In this document: positions 1 to 11,455 of the stretch, piece by piece | How the letters are laid out: each line of letters opens with the position of its first letter | Numbering within the stretch: the first letter of the stretch is position 1 | NCBI RefSeq assembly: GCF_009834535.1 | Contig: NC_045696.1 | Span: forward strand, 19,346,001-19,410,000 | Reading direction: 5' to 3' | Source: Camelus ferus | Taxonomy: Eukaryota | Length of the DNA: 64,000 nt | Notes under the pieces: generated by a model | The model's input: only the letters and a program-made list of their open reading frames with translations | What the model was told of the DNA's origin: nothing | Databases searched by the model: none | Made by a program: the position numbers and the translations under genes

Positions 1-551
1 CATTCAGGTTGTGAGGGTATAGTCAACTAATAGCATATTTTGTATTCAATATGTTATTGTATACACTTAAAATTAAGATTTTTTTTAATCATTTAAGAAA
101 AAGACAGAAATGTGATAAAGTTGAGCTGGTTTCATGAGACACGTAACTCAGAATTTTTCACTGAAGCAGATAAACAACATGGTGTTTGGGGTTTGAGAGT
201 TCAGATATTGCCATATTTATAAGGACCATGGAAACAGGAGAAACAAAATTTTAAAGTTAATTAATGAAGGTGATTTTATAAGATTGTGCTTACATTAATG
301 CCATAAATAAGAATAAAATAAAGCTTTAATTTAACAAAAAATACTTGAGTCATTCCTTCCTTTTTATGGTCCATAAATGTGAAAAAATATAAAGAAAATA
401 GAACAATTAAGTTAATTACCTTGAATCTTAGCATAATAATATTACCTGAGGGCAACCTATTTCTTCATCTTTGACTTGAAATGGCAAATCTACATACCAT
501 AGCTTTCATCCCAAGTTTTCCAAATTAGAACAAGCATCCAATATGTAAAAA

Positions 552-1186
552 CAGACTATTCTCTTTATTTTTGGTGGTTATGTTTTATGAAATTACTATG
601 AACACTGATTTAGCAAACACTGCACTTTGCTCCTAGGGAAAATACAGAGTTAGGTTGCTGGGAGACTCTGTCACAACATTTTCATCACCCTTGTACATAA
701 CCTTGGTTTATGTGTGTTTCCATTTAAAGACACTTTATTTAATATATATTGCTGATTCATTAGCATTGAACTCATGGCCAACAGTCATATATCTCAGACC
801 TGAATAAAGCTTATCTAACACACATATTTTCTCAGGAAGCCACAGCCCCGTCTTTTGGCACTTAGGAAAATTAGACAGCATTTCAACACCATGCTTGGAG
901 GCAATTTTAAACAAAGAAATCAGTGACATGAAAAACAAAAGATGCAGAAAATGTGGCACTAAATAGACCTCAGAAAGGGCACTTGTTTAGTTTACAGTAT
1001 GAGAACTGAAACCAGAAGTCAGAGCGTGGCTTTTGTCCATGTCAGCTTGGAAGGTACATGCTGGGCAACTCGAATTTTTTTGTACTGCTCTGGGCATGTC
1101 TGTGAATGACTTTGGGGGTTACATATAAATTTTAGAAAGAAGGCAAATTTGAAAATACAGACTTTATGGATAATGAGGATTGGTTG
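552..1186 (-). mobile_element. MER82-like non-autonomous TcMar-Tigger DNA transposon
   Basis: Reverse complement follows the remembered MER82 consensus along its length (caaccaatcctcattatcc...tttgtaacccc...gagttcaatgctaatgaatca). Imperfect terminal inverted repeats, with TA at the right end. ORF 735..959 (KICVLDKLYSG...EFNANESAIY) is a CENP-B-type HTH remnant of a Tigger transposase. Confidence 0.85.
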
Positions 1187-1231
1187 TATCTCTCCCTCTT
1201 TGCTGCCTGTCCCTGATAATAGCACGCTAAT

Positions 1232-1873
1232 TGTTAGGAAACCACACTTGGGTCCTCTCACCCTGGCATAGTAAAGGCAATCTACTGACACCAGGTTGTG
1301 CTGAAGGAAAGTGCAGAGTTTATGCGAGGCCAAGCAGGGAGAATGGGTAGTTAATGCTCAAAAGATTGCAAGACTCATGGACAGACTTCAGGGAAGGGTT
1401 TTTAAAGGCAAGGTGAGGGAGAAAGTTGCAAGGTGTATGATCAGCTGGTGCACAATTTCCTGTTTCATTGATGGTGATATAACTAGATGATGTCATAGGG
1501 GTTTACATCATCAATCCTCAGGCTCCAGCCAATCTGCGGTTACGTGTACATGGTCATCAAGCAGTTGATTCTTCCATCTGGTGGGGGTTTTAGCATCAAT
1601 AAAACAACTCAGGAATGTGGGTCAGACACATGTCTATGTCCTTCAGAGAGGAACTAAAGTCTGTGGACTCTACTATACGGCTGATCTGTTGTTGAAATTG
1701 TTACCAGTTCTCCTGCCCAACTGCTACCCTTGTCACTACATGTTCACAATCATCCAATCATTTGTGACTCAGAGGAGGCCTGGGAGACTGAAGCTTTTCT
1801 ACAAACAAGAAGCAGGTGGAGGACATTAGGGAGTCTGTTCTGGGAAGGCCCCATAGGGTCCTGCTCAATTACA
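1232..1873 (-). mobile_element. ERV1-class solo LTR
   Basis: TG...CA termini; 4-bp TSD taat/caat. Minus strand begins tgtaattgagcaggaccctatggggccttccc, resembling laurasiatherian ERV1 LTRs. Confidence 0.8.
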
Positions 1874-4759
1874 CAATGAGCACAGCCAGCTAGAATTTAA
1901 GTAATTGTCAAAAGCACTTGAAAGACTTCAAAATTTTTTTAAAAATGAAATACTTTAAAGTTAAGAGTAAGTTACTGAGAGCTGTATCATTAATAAAGAC
2001 GTGCAAAATCATTAGCAACTAAAACTAAGCTACGCTTCTATAAACTTTTTGCCTATTTAAATTAGATGTGAGTTTTTTGTTATTTCTTTCTTTCATTTTT
2101 CTTTTTGAATTCATTGGGGGGGCAGGAAATGGAAAAATTAGGGAAGGATTCATCTAAAACTTGCATTTCTGGGCCATAGCAGGTCTGTGGATGAAATCAG
2201 TAACTATTGTCTTGAACTGGGGCTGTCATCCCAGCCTGACTAATGGTGAACCTATTTGGTGGAGTGGAACCATCAGGGAGACTGCAAAAATGCTTTTGAA
2301 CCCACTATTGCCCGAGTTTTCCTGTTTCAACCTGGCAGCAGTTAAAGTTACAATATGCTACAGTCTTCTGCTGTGAATATTTCCTAAGAGCAGATGCCTC
2401 TTAATTTATTAAGATACCTGTGTATATTTGCAAGCCACTGATTTTAAAGAGATTCTTATAGTGTAGGCATCATTCTATAATCAGTTTTCAAAGTGATTGA
2501 TGCACCCTTATATGGGACTATAAAGCAAGTCAAGAACATTATTACTAAAATCTGTTAGCAGAAGCCTGGGGATCTGAAAATCATTTCTGAGTTGTTTACT
2601 GTCCTTAATAAAAGTTTAGGAAATGCAGGGACTGTGGGGATTCTAAGTGGTGAATTTAAGGGGCAAAAATTAGTCCATTTGGGGATAGCACTAAATATCA
2701 AGAAGTGACTTTAAAAGAAAAAAAGAATATTTTTTAAAATGTTTCAAAGATTATTTGAAAAAACATCTTTTCATATTCCAAAAAGAATGTGGAATATAAA
2801 ATTGGGATTCAGTGATAGGAACAAAAGGGATGAAAGTGAATGGGGGAATTTCCAGACAATCAAGGCAGTTTGACCACGTGCAGTGATCTCCTCTCCTATT
2901 CAGTACTGAAATATAGAAAAGAAGGTTTAAAAAAGTGAAAGTCAACATGTACACATCCTAGCGGGATTTCAGCATGTTTGCTGAAGTTGGCTGCCTTAGC
3001 AGAGAAAGGGAAGGAACAACTTAAGAGTGAACCGATACCATCAAAGCCCAAAGAGCTTCAACATTTGTGGACATCAGGTAGCTTGAAAACAGGACTGAAG
3101 GCAGGGAGCTTGAAGTTGAGATTGAAAAGAGAAGATGGAGGACTCCAGAAGGATCAAGAAAGAAAATTGAAATTGATACGTTATCTGAAATATTTGAGCA
3201 TTTGGAAAATGGTATTCCTAAAAAGTGTTAGACAGGTTTGAAGAAACAGATTAGAGAAACCTATTTGATTAGAAAAAAATGAATCATAATTATTGGCCTA
3301 TGTGACTCATTGAGGAACAGCATTGACATAGTCTAAATATTTACATTGTCCAAGTAAATAAGGACCCATAATTTGACCAAAATTCAAAATTCTATCTGAG
3401 GAGAAGTGGAAGCAGGTGGTAAGGAGCTAGCCTCAAACAACTTAACGGGAAGACAGCAGAGGTCTGAAATTGACAATTTGAGATGAGACAGCATAAACAC
3501 ATTATTCAGAAATGGATCTACTATATGGAAAAAGAGATGAAATACTTGAAAGTGTTTTTTTCCACTGCTAGAGGGCTGGGGTGGAGACACACAAACATAG
3601 AACGTGCAGAAACAAAGTAGTTTTTGCTATAAGCCTAGTAATATTTAATTTATTTAAATACACTTGAATGTGTTATTTTGCAAAAATAAATATGAAACAA
3701 AAACAATAACGACAGGAGGAGGATGCAATTGAGTATAAGTGGCCCATCACTGGTACAAATTTACACATCCAGTGGTAGGACAATATCCAAGTCTTCATAT
3801 ACATATGTACACACACATATATACGTATATATATATGTATTTCTCCTCCATTTTAGGCTTCTTTCATTACTTCCAGCTTTGTATTCCATTGTTGAGCTAT
3901 GAGTGCCCTTAAAGCCATCTACTAACTGCTTCCTCTGCTAAATCAAGTCCTTTCCCCTTTGTGAAAATGCATCTCTTTTCCTCTGTGAAGCCTATATTAT
4001 ACCAAATTGGACTCAAAACTTCCCACTATGGATTTTTTCCCTCTGCATTTGCCATCTTAAATATCCTTTTTTAATCATTTTCTCTTAATTGAGTCTTAAA
4101 CACTCATGATTCCATTCAAATCACTCCAAGAAGCTCTCTTGGATCACGTCAGTCCCTAAGTGACTATTCCTCCTCTGTGAACAAGACTCTTTGAGTGAAT
4201 AGTGTTCTGAATCCAATTCAAATGGGTTTTAGGATAAAAGGGATTTATCAGTTGATGTCCCTGAAGAAGTCCAATAGTGGAAGAAACTCTTGGCATAGCT
4301 GGATCCGGGAATACCTCTCTCTGCACGTCTCCATCCTGCTTTCATCAGTCTTAACTTTATTTTCAGAGGGCTCTTCTTAATTGAGTGGCAAAGATAGGCA
4401 CAAAGGCCTCCACAATTCATCCCACCAGCCTATAACCCCTACAAAAATAATTCCATCTACCTTGTAAATTAGGAAGCGGATTTTAATTGGTCCAGCTGGA
4501 GGCTGTGTGGCTAGGGAGAAGGATATGGTAACTAACCAGGCAGGAGTCACTTAGAAACCACTGGACTTGGGGGTTCTTTGTGTTCTTATTTAATCACATG
4601 GTCCCAGGTGGCAAGACGTACATTCCCAAAGGAAAACTGAGCTGGAAAAAAACAAAACAGATTTCTACCATAGATCCCTCCTCTAGCTTCCTATATTCTG
4701 GTCGATAGCATCTGACATTTAACATCTACCTTATATCACTGTAACCACTCTGTATCACC

Positions 4760-4890
4760 CACATGTGTTAAAGACTGCATATGTGTTTTCTCATTTAGAG
4801 CAGTAAGCTGTATTTTATAGTTTTTTTTTTACACCTAGCATCCAGTCCAGTGATCTGTGCATAATAAAAGTTCAATAAACATTTGTGGGT
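4760..4890 (+). mobile_element. L2 3' end fragment
   Basis: cacctagca...agtgatctgtgcataataaaagttcaataaacatttgt resembles the L2 terminus. Confidence 0.5.
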
Positions 4891-5865
4891 AGTGCAGAAT
4901 TATAGGCAAGGATGTCTAGCGATTAATCAGCATATGCTGTGCCAACTTGTGTGCGAAAGCCCATGATGGGAAATGTTTTAATACATATCACAGCCCTCAG
5001 TAGAAGGATCCGTTATGAAGAAGTGTTATGTACAGAAAGCCTAACCTATTAGGCTGTGGCTCTGTTCTCCTAAAGACCAAAAATTGATTTAGTTTGTCAA
5101 ACTGCATATAAACAGGCAGAAAATAATTCTGACCTTATGCAACAACAGTGCATGGTATTTGCGAAACCAGAAGTTTTAAAGAAACACATCATCTAATAAA
5201 CTGGAAATAGGTGGTGACATTTTATAGCTTAAATGTGAAATGAAAGGGCATTTCATCAACATTTATGATGTTTTTAAAACAAAGGAAATTACATTGTATA
5301 AACTGCATTAAGTAGCCAACCCGTGCTTCTCCACATTGTTGATTATTCATGAAGCCTCTGGATGGGTCTCAGCTGGCTCATACACTGCCCTGCCCTGATC
5401 AATTCTACACCCGGCTCAGTGGCCTTCTCTCACTTGGTCACATCAAAGCAGCCAACCTCATCCTCTAGCTTGGCCTCGGCCATCTCTGTGGCTTCTGAAG
5501 CCTTCTCAGAGCTCAGGGTCCTCTGGCTCTGCCTTTAGCTGAGACCCGAGTTGTTTCTCATCCCAGGCTTTGCTGTATGTGAACTGAGCTGGAAGGTTGG
5601 TGTGAGCAGAAAGCTCTTAGATTCTATGGCCTGGTCTCACCCATTTAAACCCAAGGGAGGATATGCCTATAGGAAAGATATCAATGGACCTGGTGGAGAA
5701 AGAGATGCAGAAGCTGTCTAGTGTGAAGTTGATGATCCTGAGAGATGATTGGGAGAAAGTGGGAGAATATCTCACTGCTAAAGAGGAGGGAGACTGTGAG
5801 GCAGCCAAGCAGAAGGACTGGAGCCACCATGCATGCGGTGGCCTCATGGCATGTGGTATGATGCA

Positions 5866-6195
5866 CATGTTCTCAAAGTGTGGTCTGGGGACCTTGGTTG
5901 GTCCAACGCCCTTGCCTTGGCATCTAAGAGGTCAAGTCTAACTATTTTCATAATAATACTAAGATATTGTTTGCCTTTTTTCACTTAGTCTCTCAGAAAC
6001 ATATCATGTAGTCTTCTTGAGAGTCATGGCATGATGATGTTATCCGTTTGAAGATTCATAGATTGTGTGCTTATGTGTCTTGTGTTTTAAAGTTTTCTCA
6101 TTTCAAATGCCAAATATAGCAAAAATCCAGAGACACAGACTACATAAACAAAAGCTCTTTGGTTTCCTCGATGCTGACAATTTTGGAGACTACTG
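5866..6195. mobile_element. hAT-Charlie (Charlie1-like) deletion derivative
   Basis: Starts ttctcaaagtgtggtc; internal actattttcataataatactaaga and cataaacaaaagctctttgg; ends ttttggagactactg (degenerate TIR). Confidence 0.75.
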
Positions 6196-7367
6196 CCTTG
6201 CCTAGTTGGAATAGACCAGAACACTCCATAATTGTATCTCAGGAACAGCATAAGAGATTGCCCATAAAAGGCCATTGAACAAATCCCCACAGATTCACAA
6301 TGTATTTACAAGTACCTAAGAAATTAGCTTAAAACTCCAAAACTTCTACTAATTATGTAGAATTTGTTTTATGATTTTATTAGTAATCAAGGAGGAACTT
6401 GACATAAAGTAACTTAAAGAACTTCGGATACCTGACAGTGATTCATGAATTCAATGAAAAAACAGATTGAAAAGAATGAGAGTGAGTAGAAACATTCAGA
6501 CTGCCTTTCTTTGGTCTATGAAGTAAGACATATGCATTGTAAAAGATGCCACAAAGTATTTTTGAATACATATGAAATACATAAGAATTTTATAAAGCCT
6601 TTTCAATCACTTTCATTTTTTTTCATTTTGTATTTTTATGCTTTTGACTTTTCAGTAATATATTCTGTGACAGCTGGAAAAAAAGAACATAAAAATGATC
6701 CTTGTCTTCTCTCTTTTCTTCTCTTTCTCCATGGAAATATAGATAAAATCTACAAAGGAAAATGAATTTTAAATATATTTCTGTTATGATGTTTGAGGAA
6801 ACAATGAATTCCAAAGGTAGCCCCACTGGCCCCATCTCATCAATCACCCTCCACTCCAACACAGAAAAAGTACTAAAATTTGGAGGATTCTGAGTCTGAT
6901 TTAATACAATATAGTTGTTGGTGTCTAATGGCCTTTTCTATCTTGTGCTAGAAGCTGGAGTTCTGTGCTAGCTGTTCACTCTCTGTAAGAATTGGGAAGT
7001 AAAAGACTATGCCTCATTCCCAGATTTCTTTCTCACTCCGGGAAGTTTGCCTGGATTACTTCTGGTTTACACCTTTCTCCCCAGCATTTATCCTGCATTT
7101 TTCACATCTGAATGAAGCAGTTTTATTAGTGGTTGCCTTAAAATAAGGCAAAGAGGTTTGGTAAGGCTTCACTTGTATTCCCATTCCTGCCAAAGTCTCC
7201 TCTAGTGATATGTGAGGTGCACGGTCAGTGAACGGACTAAACTAACCAGTGGTTGAATCGCATCATGAATTTCACAATAACCTATAACTCTTGTCCTAGA
7301 AGTTTCCAGTGGCAGGGTGATTAAGGCTTCCTTTTCAAGGCAAAGAGTTACACAATTTCTTTTAAAT

Positions 7368-7880
7368 TGTCTAAGAAAAATTATACCAGACAGATTTAAA
7401 CAAGCAAGGAAGATTTCATTCAAGACTACTGCAATACAGGAGAGAGACTGAACTCAGCTCTACTGAAACAGAAGGCAAAGACGTTCCTAAGCACTGGCAT
7501 AAACTAGTGGAAAAGTACTGGGGGGGAATTAGGGAACATGTGGCTCAGTGTGATTAGGGCATCTGTGTTTGCTCATTGTCTCCTGTTGGAAGTTTGGCTC
7601 CCAATTTCCCATAGAGACTGATGGTTAAGGACACTATCTTTCCTGATGATTACATTTTAAAGAAATGGCTACTGGGCCTTTGAAATAAATTATTCCTGGG
7701 CTGTAATTGGGCAAGAAGCTGGGAGAAGATTTACATCTCAAAAGGGTTGGGACAGAATTACAATAAAATTTTCCTTAAGTAAATGCTCTAAGAAGAGGTA
7801 GATCAGAAGCTTTATAGGCAGGAAGAAAACCTGTCTGAAGTTCAGTCAAACTGAGGGGAACATTAAGGTCATGTTGGTCA
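7368..7880 (-). mobile_element. MER31/MER67-like ERV1 LTR
   Basis: Minus strand tgaccaacatgaccttaatgttcccctcagtttgactgaacttcagacagg...tttgagatgtaaatcttctcccagc matches the remembered MER31-group LTR. Confidence 0.75.
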
Positions 7881-8168
7881 AAATAAAGGTACAATTAGCC
7901 ATGAATGGCTAGGAACGGCTAATGCCCTTTGGTCTGTTAGCAGAGGGGAAAGTGTGCGTCGCTACTTTCCCTGCTGGTCACTTGATTTCCCAGCTAGTGG
8001 TACTGTTGTTCATGGCCCAAATGCTGACATGCACCAAGGGCCAGGACACCAATCAGTGAGGTCAGTAAGAAATACGACAAATTATAGCTCAGATATATGT
8101 GAAGTAAGTGTGGAAAATAGAGGCTGGGCAATCCTCCCATAGAGCATATAGAGAGTAATTCATATGTT

Positions 8169-8641
8169 TTATTTTTTTATACTTTTTAAAAAAATTTTAT
8201 TTTATTGAGTTATAGTCAGTTTACAATGTTGTGTCAATTTCCAGTATAGAGTACAACTTTTTCAGTTATACATGAACATACATATATTCATTGTCACATT
8301 CTTTTTCACTGTGAGCTACCACGAGATCTTGTATATATTTCTCTGTGCTATACAATATAATCTTGTTTATCTATTCTATATATACCTATCAGTATCTACA
8401 GATTTCCCAGTCTGTCCCCTCCCACCCCCTTCCCTCTTGGCAACCACAAGCTTGTATTCTATATCTATGAGTCTGTTTCCGTTTTGTGATTATGTTCATT
8501 TGTCTTTTTCTTTTCTTTCTTTCTTTTTTTTTTTTTAGATTCCATATATGAGTGATCTCATATGGTATTTTTCTTTCTCTTTCTGGCTTACTTCACTTAG
8601 AATAACATTCTCCAGGGACATCCATGTTGCTTCAAATGGCG
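8169..8641 (-). mobile_element. 5'-truncated lineage-specific (artiodactyl/camelid-type) L1, 3' end
   Basis: T-rich tail at left; L1 3'UTR and ORF2-end motifs (tctggcttacttcacttagaataa, catccatgttgct). Exact 10-bp TSD ttcatatgtt at 8159-8168 and 8642-8651. Confidence 0.85.
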
Positions 8642-8654
8642 TTCATATGTTCTT

Positions 8655-9378
8655 GATGCAAGTGTTAATGTTTGATGAAAATTTGATTTCTGAATTTCCA
8701 CATCTTAAAAAACTTCAAGGGCAAATTTGTAATTTGCACAAAATATCTGTCAACATTTTCCATTCACCATAGGCAAGTAATGAAATCATGGACCATTAGG
8801 GAAAAAAAAAGATGACATCAATTCACTAGATTATCACCAACATCTCTCAAAAATGAGTAACAATTTTAAGAAGTTATGGCTGAAGAGGTTGATGCAACAC
8901 TGCTGACTGCATTTTTACTTATCATTTTGTGAAGTATGTTTTATTTTAACCAAATGCCTATTCTTATAAACTAATTCCACTTAAATCCAATTTTTCTTAA
9001 ACATGTATAAAGACTGAAGGCAAAGTATACATTTTTTAATTGGGCAAACATATTTTTTCCTGCAATGGTATGTGTTTGAGAAGATGCAGAATTTTACATC
9101 ATCAAATTTGATTTTAAAAATTAAAAGACATGTAAATAAAAAGAAATAGCATGTCAAATCCTGAATTGCAAATCTTTTATCAAAGAAAGGTATTCTATTT
9201 GCAAGAAAAAGACAATAATTTTGAAAATGTTGGGGCTGAAATAATTACACATTTTAAGATCAAACATTTCAGAGTATCTATTTTTTAGGAGGATTTGCTG
9301 AATTTTTCCATTATGTCAGCAACTTCTAATACAGCTTTTCTCAATTGAAAACATAATGATCTGCAGAGAACAGTCATT
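8655..9378 (+). mobile_element. hAT-Blackjack transposase remnant
   Basis: Degenerate matches to remembered BLACKJACK internal sequence: N-terminal part (tttgatgaaaatttgatttctgaatttcca...ttgcacaaaatatctgtcaacatttt) and C-terminal part (gaaaatgttggggctgaaataattacacatttt...ttttctcaattgaaaa). Many stops. Confidence 0.7.
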
Positions 9379-9379
9379 T

Positions 9380-9660
9380 ATCAGTTAGCTTTTGCATAGT
9401 AAAAGGTTAACTCCAGAACACAGTGGTTTAAAACAATTGGTCTGTTTAGCTTGAGATTCTGTCTTGGGCTGGCTTAGCTAACCTCTTAGAGATGTGCTCA
9501 TAGAGTTGCTGTCAGCTGATGATGTGGCTGAGGCTAGATGGTCTAAGACAGCCTCACTCACATGCCTGTATTTCACCTCAATGTCAACTGAACCAGTGAG
9601 GACGATGTGGTCGTCTGTCTCACAGCATCCAAGAGACTAGCTTGGGTTCATTAAAATGGT
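9380..9660 (-). mobile_element. MaLR MLT1 LTR fragment
   Basis: tcagttagcttttgc...cagtggtttaaaacaa...ggctagatggtctaagacagcctcactcacatg is a typical reversed MLT1H/J-type LTR. Confidence 0.7.
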
Positions 9661-10689
9661 CTCTAAAATAATTTTGCTTTAGTCCATTCAGACTGCTATA
9701 ATAAAATACCACAAATAATAATTATTCAAGGAGTGCTTCAAGTATGTTTTTGAAAAATGGGAAAGATAATAGAAAATAAAGTACACATTTAAACAAAGAT
9801 TCAAATATGCATTTGAAAATAAAGAATGTTTGTAAACCCAGGAAAGTTTACATCCTAAAGGGGATCCGTAGTTAGATAGATGGACAGAGATATGGATATA
9901 TAATATACAGTGACAGTAACATATAATATATTAATATGATATATTAATTACAAATATAATATATATTAATATAAAATGTAATTTTTATATACGTATTTTA
10001 AAAGGTAAAGTAACTCTTCAGAAGAACAAAGAGGTCATACATTTTTCAAGGGAACAAAACAATATTTTTTAATTAATTGAGTTTTTTACTTTTATAATTT
10101 ATGACGAAGTTCTGTTGAATAGTGGATGGATTTTTTTTAAATCATAGACACAAAATGCAGAGAAAAAGACAGCGTTAAACACATCGAGCTAAAGGGTTCT
10201 AGATGAATAATGATCTCAAAAATGTTGTACATATATGGAAAGAGATTAATTAACTTTGGAAATTCTCAGTCCAAAAATATCTACAAGATAGGTTGTTGTG
10301 AGTATGTATGTATAGAAAAAGTATGCAAGTATCTATGTATAAAATACATATTTCATTTACATATTTAAATATATTTATAATATATCTAGATATAAATATA
10401 AAATATGTTTTAGGTAATATAAAGTATATAAAGGAAATATTCACGAATGTATGTATACACTGACTTCAGGGAACAACATGTTTTCTGGTTCCTAAGAAGT
10501 CCAACGATTATATTAATTTAGAAATTGATACTAATATTTAAAGCCATCATAACAATACTAATATTTTGGCAAATTAATTTATAGTTTTTGTAAATATTTT
10601 TTACTGAGAAGTCTGCCCCAAAAATGTATGAAATAGAGGTTCCAACATTAAATGTAGATGAATAGCTCAAAATATTTTATTGAAAAATA

Positions 10690-10925
10690 TAGCTATTATT
10701 TATATAGTATTTTCTATATGACAACTAATATAAATTATTTAAAATTAACTTATTTAGTCTTCATAGCAATTCTAGAATTCATTTTCTAATATTATTCATG
10801 TACAAAGAAACCAGGACACAGAAAGGGTAAGCAACTTGTTCAAGGTCACACAGTGAGAAAGTCAGAATCAAGATTTGAACACAGACAGACTGGGACCACA
10901 ATCCATGCTATTACTCATTATACTA
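10690..10925 (-). mobile_element. MIR SINE
   Basis: gaaaccaggacacagaaagggtaagcaacttgttcaaggtcacacag...gatttgaacacagacag is the reversed MIR core. Confidence 0.75.
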
Positions 10926-10959
10926 AAATGTCTATTACACAAAAGAAAATAAATAAAAT

Positions 10960-11112
10960 GGGGGGGGAGGAAGGTATAGCTCAGTGGTAGAGCGCATACA
11001 CATACATACACAAGGTCCTGGATTCAATCCCCAGTACCTCCATTAAAATAAATAAATAAGCCTAATCACCTACCCCCCTCAAAAGTCTATAAATAATAAA
11101 GGTAATTTAAAA
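10960..11112 (+). mobile_element. Vic-1-type tRNA-derived camelid SINE
   Basis: G-rich head; A-box tagctcagtggt; B-box ggattcaatccc; A-rich tail. TSD aaaagaaaataaataaaat at 10941-10959 and 11113-11131. Confidence 0.85.
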
Positions 11113-11269
11113 AAAAGAAAATAAATAAAATCAAAGTGCTTTATCCTAGAAAGAGAAAAGAATGAGTTAATGACAATTTTTTTTTCCTCAAATAGGTTTT
11201 TATAATAATGTATCTTATGGGCACTTACCAATTTTGATATATCAGGAATATACTTTGTTGGAAAGCCAG

Positions 11270-11455
11270 TAACAATAGCCAAAATTTAGGAGCAATTGCA
11301 GTGCACCAGTTTCTCTACCAGCTGTTTTAACTACATGATATAATTTAATTTCCATTCTACTGTCTAGGAAGATGTCATCATTCTCCTGCTGCAAATGAAT
11401 AAAGCGAGGCTCAGCAATATGTAGTGAGCTCATCTGTGAGCTGTATGTAAACTGT
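11270..11455 (-). mobile_element. MIR SINE (degenerate)
   Basis: gcaaatgaataaagcgaggctcag resembles the reversed MIR core. Confidence 0.5.

Noticed and set aside
735..959. Protein-coding ORF with HTH similarity
   Set aside because: It lies within a MER82-like element and is a short, decayed transposase remnant.
10970..11041. tRNA gene
   Set aside because: A and B boxes are present, but the G-run head, disrupted anticodon arm, A-rich tail and TSD indicate a SINE.
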